Source: Macrostomum lignano (taxonomy: Eukaryota). Taken from it: a stretch of DNA of 64,000 bases. The notes beneath the pieces were generated by a model. It was not told the origin of the DNA, made no database searches, and saw only the letters and a program-made list of their open reading frames with translations. The translations under genes and the position numbers were made by a program. The stretch covers positions 1-64,000 of the forward strand of contig NIVC01000608.1 in NCBI GenBank assembly GCA_002269645.1, written 5' to 3'. Positions 38,991 to 50,240 of this stretch are shown here, piece after piece. Within the stretch, counting starts at the first letter, position 1, and each line of letters opens with the position of its first letter.

Positions 38991-39736
38991 CTCCGATGAC
39001 TGACTGCGTGGCTGAACAGACTGTGTGAGTGAATGCCTCACTAATAGAGCGAGAAAGCAAATTTAATCTGAAAATGTCAAGAAAGTATCAGATAAATTTG
39101 TAAAATTGCAGATGGTGAAGCAACGGCTCAGGACTGACTGGCTAAATGGGGCGTGGGCTCACAGTCAATTCGAACTTGAAAAGTGCAACAAAACTAGCTG
39201 GTTGTTAAGGAAGCAATTGCTGATTTCAAAGAATACGAACGAGTCTGCAGACTGGCAGTGCAGCTTCATTCATGCGAAAAAATGCTTTCTACGTAGCTAG
39301 GAATTCAGAATGTCATAAATCTGCCGGACACCTTTAAGCTTCACGAGCACGTAGGCGGAAACAGTGAGTTTAGTAGGTAGGCCTGAGAATAGCAGTCGCT
39401 GCAGTACGAGTTCCCGTAATGCTGACGTGAATTTCTGAGAACATTAATGAGAAAATGAATGCTCAGTAAGAGTACAACGGTGTGCTAGTGAGCTGGATCC
39501 ATATTACATTGATATTCGATTGAATGGGATAGGCGTAGCAGTGTTGGATTGGGAGCCGGCTCAGCTCATCATCATGATTCTCAATGACTTGTCCTCATTA
39601 TTAGTTTCTGGGCAGGCCAATTTTCGATTGGGTCACGAGAAGCAGCATCGAGATGCCTACTCTGCCTGCTGGGCTTCTGGCCTGCGCTGAGAAGAGCTCC
39701 TCATATTTCTCCTCCTCCACGTGATGGGCTGAGTTG

Positions 39737-40302
<566 letters not shown>

Positions 40303-40409
40303 CGAGCTGTTCCGCCCCCGCCCCCGGGCTGGTCTTTAGGCTTCTGCAATGCCACCAAGTCAAATCCAATTTCCCTTTCAGGCGGCAGCAGTCCAATAAA
40401 CCAGTCGCA

Positions 40410-41708
40410 ATGTTGGGCAGCTGCAACAACAGCGCCATCAGCGCAATCAGCGCCCAGTACGATCGAGTGAGCACGCCGCTGCTGAGCGGCATCTCAGCCC
40501 TGTCTCTGCTGCTCAACGCCTGCAACATCGCCATATTCAGCAAGCGCAAAATGGTCTCGCCAACCAACTCAATTCTGCTGGCCATTGCCGTCAGCGATCT
40601 CTGCAAAGTGTCCATGTTCCTGCTCATCACGGTGGCCCCTCCGCCCGTGACATCCTACAGCAGGCAGGTGATCTACCTGTTCTGCAACGTGGCCATGTTC
40701 CTCATGCACGCCTTCGCCCTGTGGTGCGGCGTCCTGCTGGCTCTGTTCCGCTTCTTCTACCTGCGCTACTACGCCTCGCCCAGCACCAAGGTGTGGTTCA
40801 GCCTGGCCCGCGCCCGCCTGGCCGTCTGCCTGGCCTTCCTGGCCAACATCGGCGCCGTGGCGCCCTACGCCAGCGTCCTGCGCGTCATCGAGCGCCGGAC
40901 AGCCGACGCACAATTTTTGGCGGCAGGTGGCAGCGGCAACGCCACGCAGCAGCAGCAGCCGGTAACGGCGGCGGAGGCGGCTGCTCCGATAGCGGCGGCA
41001 GTTCACTACGAACCGGCCATGCTGGATGAGTACGAGTTCGAGGTGCGAATGTTCAGCAGCATAGCACAGAAGCTGGTGCCTTGCCTCATCATGACGGCCT
41101 TCTGCCTGTGCATCATTCGCAGCCTGCGCCAGACGGAGAAACGACGCGAGTCTCTAGCGAATCCGAATCGAAACAGCGGCCAGAAATCGGCGAGCGGGAG
41201 CTGCGGCGGCGGCGGCGGCGGCGGCGGCGACAGCGGCAGTCGCAGGAAGGAGCGACGCTCGCGCGATCACCACCGAACAACCAGCTTCCTGTTGATCATC
41301 ATGCTGCTGTACAGCCTCTACGAGATCCCCATGGGCCTGCTGCTGATCCTGTCTGACCCCGCTCTGGAGCTCAGCGCCGTGATCTGCTTCTACAAAGCCT
41401 TTCACGGCATCCTCAACACGCTTGGCCTGGTGAATAACACGGTCAACTTTGTCCTCTACTGCTTCATGAGCAAGCAGTTCAGGGACACCTTCAAGGAGGT
41501 ATTCGGCCTCGACAAGCTGGCTGAGAAGGTGAGACAGGCAACCACCCGACGGCCGGATGCGGCTCTGGTGGCAGCTGGAGAGGCAGCTCGAGGCGCCGCG
41601 GCGCCGGCTGCGGCGGCTGTTGCAGAGACCCACGAAGCGATGAGTCTGTACAGCTGCGGAGATTGCGGTCAGAACGACATCCATGACGAAATTGAAGATG
41701 ACGCTTGA
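40410..41708 (+). CDS. Intronless class A peptide GPCR, myosuppressin receptor (DmsR)/srw/PROF1-like, 432 aa
   Basis: Seven hydrophobic segments; TNSILLAIAVSDL, LALFRF in place of DRY, RTTSFLLIIMLLYSLYEIPMGLL, NNTVNFVLYCFMSKQFRDTF (DmsR/FMRFa-receptor-type TM7-H8). Confidence 0.9.
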   Translation: MLGSCNNSAISAISAQYDRVSTPLLSGISALSLLLNACNIAIFSKRKMVSPTNSILLAIAVSDLCKVSMFLLITVAPPPVTSYSRQVIYLFCNVAMFLMHAFALWCGVLLALFRFFYLRYYASPSTKVWFSLARARLAVCLAFLANIGAVAPYASVLRVIERRTADAQFLAAGGSGNATQQQQPVTAAEAAAPIAAAVHYEPAMLDEYEFEVRMFSSIAQKLVPCLIMTAFCLCIIRSLRQTEKRRESLANPNRNSGQKSASGSCGGGGGGGGDSGSRRKERRSRDHHRTTSFLLIIMLLYSLYEIPMGLLLILSDPALELSAVICFYKAFHGILNTLGLVNNTVNFVLYCFMSKQFRDTFKEVFGLDKLAEKVRQATTRRPDAALVAAGEAARGAAAPAAAAVAETHEAMSLYSCGDCGQNDIHDEIEDDA

Positions 41709-41871
41709 CTGTTGGACTTCGAGCGAACAGAACAATATGACGCAGTTAAAACTGGCTTATAGTAAAAAACTCTATATCTGAAATTAACTAAAATATATTA
41801 ATATTGCCGTTTAACATTGCGTTTGTTAACAAAAGCACTTTCAAGGCACGCCTGCATAATTTAGTCATTGT

Positions 41872-42365
41872 GCAGATTTTGTCAGTGGCTTCTCAGTCCC
41901 TTTAAAGTCTCTTGTCAGTGGCTTCTCAGCCGCTTTAAAGACTCTTGTCAGTGGCTTCTCAGCGGCTTTAAAGTCTCTGGTCAGTGGCTTCTCAGTCCCT
42001 TTAAAGTCTCTTGTCAGTGGCTTCTTAGTTCCTTTAAAGTCTCTGGTCAGTGGCTTCTCAGTCCCTTTAAAGTCTCTTGTCAGTGGCTTCTCAGTCCCTT
42101 TAAAGTCTCTTGTCAGTGGCTTCTCAGCGGCTTTAAAGACTCTTGTCAGTGGCTTCTTAGTTCCTTTAAAGTCTCTGGTCAGTGGCTTCTCAGTCCCTTT
42201 AAAGTCTCTTGTCAGTGGCTTCTCAGCGGCTTTAAAGACTCTTGTCAGTGGCTTCTTAGTTCCTTTAAAGTCTCTGGTCAGTGGCTTCTCAGTCCCTTTA
42301 AAGTCTCTTGATAGTGGCTTCTCAGCGGCTTTAAAGACTCTGGTCAGTGGCTTCTCAGTCCCTCC
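41872..42365. repeat. 33-bp minisatellite GTCAGTGGCTTCTCAGTCCCTTTAAAGTCTCTT
   Basis: About 15 units. Confidence 0.94.
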
Positions 42366-43409
42366 AGAGTCACTTGAAACGACGGGAAAAACGAATGTTT
42401 TATCCGCCTAGCATCCGCCTAGCAGCTCTAGACAATGCAAATGCGATAGCCAAGGACATCTCTCGTCCGATTCGTTGTCCTTGAAAGCCACTTTATCCAT
42501 TTTGCATACATTCGCTTCAATTCTCTGATGACGCATCTGGAGCTGTCAACTTTGCAAGCGGAACCGCGCACTACACATGTCTAGGAGAAGACAAGCCAGA
42601 CAGACAGACAGCCATGATGAGATCTTCATCATCCCAGTTGCCGCAATTTGGCGCGGATCATGCAAGTGTGAAGGAGATCAGCTGGACCCAGGGGAATCAG
42701 ACTGCTCCGCATCACTGATCCAGCAATTTAGGTGGTGAACTCGTGCTCAAATGTCTCCTGCATTCCTTACACGGCATGGAGACGGCAGCTGGGCTTAAAA
42801 GTGCAATTAGTTCCAAAAGCAAAAGCTATTTTCTTCTGTTTAAGTACTCGTAATTTAGAAAATTGCCAGATTAAATTTGCACTTTACAGTGAAGGGTTTG
42901 GCCTCGGATCCGAATGCAAACGAGTGCTTCGAGGGAAATAAAAACTCATACTTGCAGGCTCTTCAAAGTTAGGGATAAAGCGTTGAAAAGTCTGAAGTCT
43001 CTTACGCACAGCCAGTAGTGAGTTGCCCGCCACCCCACCCACCCTCTCTGAGACCCAGTGATTAGGGAAAGTGAGGGGAAATAAGATTAGTCTAATGCTG
43101 GAGACCAAGGCAACAGTGGAATGGCAGAAGTGGGAGAGGAAGCGGAAGAGAAATGGGATAAAAAAGCACGACCGGTCTCCCATTTCTCTCGGGCGCCCCA
43201 GTGCACAGGTCAATTATTTACTTTCTGAGAATTGCCAAGCCTAAACTGAATCAGTAAAACAAAAAAGTAGTAGCGAAATGGCCGACTCTTGGCGAGCACG
43301 AACGACAACTGAACCACCTCGCAAATCCTGCAAATTTCCTGCCAAATGTTGCGAATTCAAAATTAAAAAAATGTGGAGAAAATAAATGAACTTACATCAA
43401 AAAGGAATA

Positions 43410-43785
43410 TTGTCTATGGCCCAACCTTAATCCTTAGCTATTGAAGGCTTGCTGCTCATTGTCTATGGCGCAACCTTAATCCTTAGTGAGAGCATCAAGC
43501 TATTATAGACTTGTTGTTCCCTGTCTATGGCGCAACCTTAATCCTTAGCGAGAGCAGCAAGCTATTATAGACTTGTTGTTCCCTGTCTATGGCCCAAATT
43601 TAATCCTTAGTGAGAGCATCAAGCTATTATAGACTTGCTGTTCACTGTCTATGGCCCAACCTTAATCCTTAGCGAGAGCATCAAGCTATTATAGACTTGC
43701 TGTTCACTGTCTATGGCCCAACTTTAATCCTTAGCGAGAGCAGCAAGCTATTATAGACTTGCTGTTTATTGTCTATGGCCCAAAG
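43410..43785. repeat. 62-bp minisatellite
   Basis: GTCTATGG at 43461, 43523 and onward, period 62. Confidence 0.92.
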
Positions 43786-44270
43786 GTTGGTCTGTGAATT
43801 GACTTGGAAAGTGCCATAACAGAGAGCGGCAACATTCAAAATACATTTGTATTTTCTCAAAAGATTTCGCAAATATTTGAATTTTTCTCACCAGAATAAA
43901 CTTGTATTCAATATCCAGCTTTAATTACCGGTATTTTCTGAATTCGAGATACATGTAAGCTAAAAGTTTTTCCCCTGCGAAAGCAAGCGCGGAACAAAAA
44001 GATTCGATGCAAGCAGTGGCGCGGTAGAGTCGGCTGCGCCAACTGAAATTCGATTGGCTTCACAAATTCCACGCTTAAGTAAACATTTTCATATTTTGAT
44101 TCGATCTAAAGTGGGTGCTGTTCTATTTTAACTCTTTTGGGGCAGAAATCTGAAAAAGAAGACTGCAGCTGCACTGAAAAAGCACCAGCCACCTCTTAGA
44201 CTCCTGAGGGTACTTTAAGCTTGTATGGTTTCCTGACTTAAGGACTTGCTCTCAGTAAGAATTTAGCTTT

Positions 44271-45286
<1,016 letters not shown>

Positions 45287-45844
45287 GTTCCAATTCCAAT
45301 TGGTTATTCCATAGTTACGCCGATTATCAAAGCCTGAGATTGCCGGCCGCAGATTGAAGCAGCTAATTGCCCTCCTACACACCGGGTATTCCGTGTTCAT
45401 TGGTGTTCTTAAAGCAGAAAGATTCACAAAGATGGGCAGCTACAAAGGACAAAATGCAACGGGTTAGGGGAGGTTAGGCATGAGCGCACAAAAAGAGAAT
45501 GTAGTGTTGTTTGTGCGCTTTGAGGACTTTGGTGAGGTTGCTCAGCCAAGCGGCGCCAAGCGGCGGAGTCGATGAAGAACACAAGAAGCGGAGGAAGCCC
45601 CAGGTTAAAATCTCACCAAACCGGTACGGAAAAAAGCACCTTAGCGGCCCTGCAGCAACAGACTCCACATAGGGAACATGCTATCATCCCGGATGGAGAC
45701 ACAATAAAACAGCACTTTGTCCGTTGCTTTTGAGCCGAGTTTTTGTTGCCAAGGTGCCGAGAAGTTTCTTTCCAATTGAATCTTGCTTCTTAACGCTTTG
45801 AATTAGTATTTTGTTTAGACATTTTACACTGCAGGGGCTTCGGG

Positions 45845-46128
45845 TTGGAGGAAGGAAGGAAGGAAGGAAGGAAGGGAGGAAGGAAGGAAGGAAGGAAGGA
45901 AGGAAGGAAGGAAGGAAGGAAGGAAGGAAGGAAGGAAGGAAGGAAGGAAGGAAGGAAGGAAGGAAGGAAGGAAGGAAGGAAGGAAGGAAGGAAGGAAGGA
46001 AGGAAGGAAGGAAGGAAGGAAGGAGGGAAGGAGGGAAGGAAGGAAGGAGGGAAGGAGGGAAGGAAGGAAGGAAGGAAGGAAGGAAGGAAGGAAGGAAGGA
46101 AGGAAGGAAGGAAGGAAGGAAGGAAGGA
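45845..46128. repeat. (GGAA)n microsatellite
   Basis: Direct reading. Confidence 0.97.
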
Positions 46129-46434
46129 ATCAGGCAAGCAGCTAAAGTTGGGTCCCTAAGACTAGCCTGAGGCAAGAAGATGTGCTACTGAAATATCAAC
46201 GCAGATTGTAAGAGAGCCTGCATCCATTATCAGAAACGAACTTGTCACTAGCAAGGCCTCCAAAGGTCAAATGGAATATCCAATACCTCTTAGCTTCTTT
46301 GGAAAAAAATTGTCTTTGCATCCCGTCGCGTCACGTGCTGAAACGAAGTTTGCTAGCATAGAGAAGGGTTTTTTTATACTCATTAGCATTGCTAGTTAAG
46401 ATTTTACAATTAAATTGTCTAAACTTACATTTGC

Positions 46435-46680
46435 GATAATTCTAGTGACACTGTGACCATTCTAGTGACACTGTGACCATTCTAGTGACACTGTGACCAT
46501 TCTAGTGACACTGTGACCATTCTAGTGACACTGTGACCATTCTAGTGACACTGTGACCATTCTAGTGACACTGTAACCATTCTAGTGACACTGTAACCAT
46601 TCTAGTGACACTGTGACCATTCTAGTGACACTGTGACCATTCTAGTGACACTGTAACCATTTTAGTGGCACTGTCGATAT
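46435..46680. repeat. 20-bp repeat TCTAGTGACACTGTGACCAT
   Basis: About 12 units. Confidence 0.95.
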
Positions 46681-47205
46681 TATAGTGCCACTGACAGTTA
46701 GCACACTTCAAAGTTAGTAGGCAATAACACCCAGTAAAAAGAAAGAAAAGCCCTCAAAAGTACAGTTGCATATAATTTCTATTTTCTGCAACATTTCAAA
46801 AGTACATTAATTAGTTTAAAAGCTTGCAAGACTTGTATGTTGCTATAATCTTGTTCATTCACTAGCTACAAAGAAACTTTTATATAAATTACGATTCCAA
46901 AAATATTTAACTTATTACTTACGCCAGTGCAAAACTGCAATGCTGGGTGACTCCAATTAAATTTGGTCGTATTATTCCAGTTAGTAGTAGGACCACCTGC
47001 ACCGGCTGATGTCCATATGTACATGAACTAATGCTAGTCTTACATTGAAGAGCTCTAGTGTTTAAGCAGTGTCTATGTAAAAAACCAAAGCAAAAAACTA
47101 CTTAATTGGCGAGCAAATCCATTGCTTCCTTCATCTATTGAGTAGGTGAAACAAAGCTACGAGAAGAACTCTGTTTTAAAGCACGTCATACAGCTATCAA
47201 TTAGG

Positions 47206-47844
47206 ATGCAGTCATCGCACTTCTGCCGAGGTGATCAGAAGCAGCAGCAACAGCAGCAGCCGCCGCATAAAAACTCCGGCGCCGGCTGCGCTCTCGACGA
47301 AGCGGCGGCGTCTGGCTCGGTGCGCAACTGCTGCTCCTGCCAGCCTGCGGTGCCTCAGCACCGGCAGCCGGTCCCTGCCGCCTGCTCTTCCTGGACTTCA
47401 GCAGCTCCGCCAACCGGTCAGCGAGCGGCCGGCAGCCGCTGGCGCCCCGCAATCGCAGAGAACATCGGCGGCAACAATGGCGGCTTTGCTCAGCCCCGAC
47501 TCGGCCGAGTCCTATTCTCGGCTCCCACCGGCGCCACCACCGGCGCCGCCCCTGCAGCATCCTCGGCGTGCAGGCCCGGCCAGCAGTGCGACTGCAGCCA
47601 GGCGCCGGTGTGCGCGCCGCTGCCGACAGACCCGAGCGTGGCTGGCCGGGCCGGCGTGGCCCAGCAGGCGCTGCTCGGTCTGTACGGCCCCCCTGAGCAC
47701 ATGCGGCACCACTCAGGCCTGGTGGCGCTGCACCCGACTGAGAAGAAGTTCGGCTACATTGTGCCGCTGTGCGTCTGCAGCTGCGGCCAGTTTGTGCAGG
47801 GCCGCAACGGGGTGCTGCTGAAGTGCCGAGCGATGCTGGGCTGA
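47206..47844 (+). CDS. Unrecognised Cys-rich protein (single or terminal exon), about 212 aa
   Basis: GC-rich island between AT-rich flanks; strong GC3 bias in this frame in the C-terminal part (CTG/GGC/TGC/AAG); first ATG at 47206 preceded by TTAG|G (possible acceptor). No family recognised. Confidence 0.55.
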   Translation: MQSSHFCRGDQKQQQQQQPPHKNSGAGCALDEAAASGSVRNCCSCQPAVPQHRQPVPAACSSWTSAAPPTGQRAAGSRWRPAIAENIGGNNGGFAQPRLGRVLFSAPTGATTGAAPAASSACRPGQQCDCSQAPVCAPLPTDPSVAGRAGVAQQALLGLYGPPEHMRHHSGLVALHPTEKKFGYIVPLCVCSCGQFVQGRNGVLLKCRAMLG

Positions 47845-48154
47845 CCGACCGGCAACTCGCTTCTGTCCGTGTGCTTTCGTTTCCGCTTACTAAAGTAGTA
47901 TAGCTAGTCTATTTTTGAGAGAACTACTACTAGTAGTCTATACAAGTATTCGAGCCGTTTTATTTCAACTAATAGGTAAAAAGTAAATTGAAGGAATTTA
48001 CGACCAAGCGGTTGTTTACGGCCATCAATACTCTCACTTAAGCCTTTTTCGGCCATTTCTAACCCAAGGCTCTGAGAACTTTACTTGCGATGTGCAGTGT
48101 TTAGTCCTTGACTTTAGATCGTTTTTCACTCAAAAGGAAGGAAAACGGAAAGAT

Positions 48155-48250
48155 TGGAGGAAGGAAGGAAGGAGGGAAGGAGGAGGGAATGAGGAAAGGG
48201 AGGAAGGAAGGAAGGAAGGAAGGAGGGAAGGAAGGAGGGAGGAAGGAAGG
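48155..48250. repeat. GA-rich (GGAA/GGGA) low-complexity tract
   Basis: Direct reading. Confidence 0.85.
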
Positions 48251-48592
48251 GAGCTAATGTTGGGCCTCTGAGTCAAGATTGAGAGCGCCGGGACAAGAAT
48301 AAGAGCTACTTGCTACTAATAAAGCAGCTAAAGAGAACTTGTATCCGTAGTTACGTGCCGATACTAACTTGAAATTTAAAGTTAACTGACACTAAAACGC
48401 GTCGACCGTCTCTGCAACCAGAGTTTGAAATCGAAACCTTTTTTCGGCTCAACTTCGAGGCGAGCGCAAGTCCCGAAATAAGGAAGGACTGCTGAGGACA
48501 GTAATAGTACAAAACGTGTTGTTGAAATGATGCACTAATATAGCTTTGCTACTAAATTTCGATTATTTGTCCAAGATGTTCAACGGTTCAAC

Positions 48593-48847
48593 GATGTCTG
48601 TCTGTGTGTCTGTCTGTTTGTGTTTCTGTCTGTGTGTCTGTCTGTCTGTCTGTGTTTCTGTCCGTCTGTCTGTCTGTCTGTCTGTGTTTCTGTCCGTCTG
48701 TCTGTGTTTCTGTCTGTGTGTCTGTCTGTCTGTCTGTGTTTCTGTCCGTCTGTCTGTCTGTCTGTCTGTGTTTCTGTCCGTCTGTCTGTCTGTCTGTCTG
48801 TCTGTGTTTCTGTCTGTGTGTCTGTCTGTCTGTCTGTGTTTCTGTCC

Positions 48848-48889
<42 letters not shown>

Positions 48890-48907
48890 CTGTCTGTGTT
48901 TCTGTCC

Positions 48908-48942
<35 letters not shown>
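48593..48942. repeat. (TCTG)n microsatellite with TGTTTCTG variants
   Basis: Direct reading. Confidence 0.95.
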
Positions 48943-49477
48943 AGATAATTACCAAATACTGGCCCACACACATACATGCACTGCACGCAGTACACAGTCA
49001 TCAACAAGAAAAGGAAAACTACATTATTAAAGTTGCTCACAGCATATTTAAAGAACATATAAATATGAATTTCGTCTGTACACGCCCAAACTGACATGTT
49101 TATTGATTTAATCAATTAATAGAGCTAAGTATTATACGAAGAAACAAAGATTTAAACTCTGAATGAAAAATTATAATTACAAGAAATAATGGTTGCATCA
49201 ACTTTTAACGACAAAACGCAAATAAGTATTCAAGCAAGTTAAAGCGACCACAAGCAACATAGCAATCATAACATGGGACTAATAATCTGTACAAAGTCAA
49301 TACAAAAAACTGAACCAAAAAATTTGCTACTGTTACCGTACCTATTTATTATTGTGAAATTGATAATTAAAACTAAAATAGTTGAAAGACTTGGAGATGC
49401 AACAATTAACACCACACAAAATTGGTAATAATTTTAACTGGCATGGTAATGCATTATCTTGGACAAATAGCTGCTGA

Positions 49478-49865
49478 GTGAGTCACACTGGACACAAAGC
49501 TGTCTCCTACAAGTCACACTGGACACAAAGCTGTCTCCTACAAGTCACCTCTCAGACACAAAGCTGTCTCCTACAAGTCACACTGGACACAAAGATGTCT
49601 CCTACAAGTCACCTCTCAGACACAAAACTGTCTCCTACAAGTCACACTGGACACAAAGCTGTCTCCTACAAGTCACACTGGACACAAAGCTGTCTCCTGC
49701 AAGTCACACTGGACACAAAGCTGTCTCCTACAAGTCACCTCTCAGACACAAAGCTGTCTCCTACAAGTCACAGTGGACACAAAGCTGTCTCCTACAAGTC
49801 ACATTGGACACAAAGCTGTCTCATACAAGTCACAGTGGACACAAAACAAAATGCATAGCCGGACA
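49478..49865. repeat. 31-32-bp minisatellite CACACTGGACACAAAGCTGTCTCCTACAAGT
   Basis: About 12 units just 3' of the ZnF stop. Confidence 0.93.
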
Positions 49866-49893
49866 CAACAGCTGTAGACAAAGCACAAACCAG

Positions 49894-50240
49894 TTAGCTA
49901 GAATGGCTAATCATGTGAAGGCTGAGGTCGTCAACATTATCATAAGCCATGGGGCAGATTGGACAGGGCAGCTTGTCGCCGGGGCCTCGAGCCCGTTTCA
50001 GCATCAAGTGAGTCCGATAAGTGTGATTGTTCAACAGCAGCTGGCTGTCGAAATTCTTACAGCAGATTGGGCACCGAAGCTGCTTCGGGCGCTTTTCTAC
50101 TACTGGCTGCTGCTGTTGCTGCACTGACTGCGGTTGGGCAGGCCCTTCTTGGCTGACCCCGGCATCGTCCGCGTGGGAGCTGCTGCCGCTGACGCTGCCG
50201 CCGCAGCCACTACGGTCCACTGGGCCTTTCTCTGCCACAC
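49894..50240 (-). CDS. ZnF exon D (fingers 5-6, stop)
   Basis: ACTGCAG|GT acceptor, phase 1; LRCPICCKNFDSQLLLNNHTYRTH and LPCPICPMAYDNVDDLSLHMISH; TAA. Confidence 0.85.
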
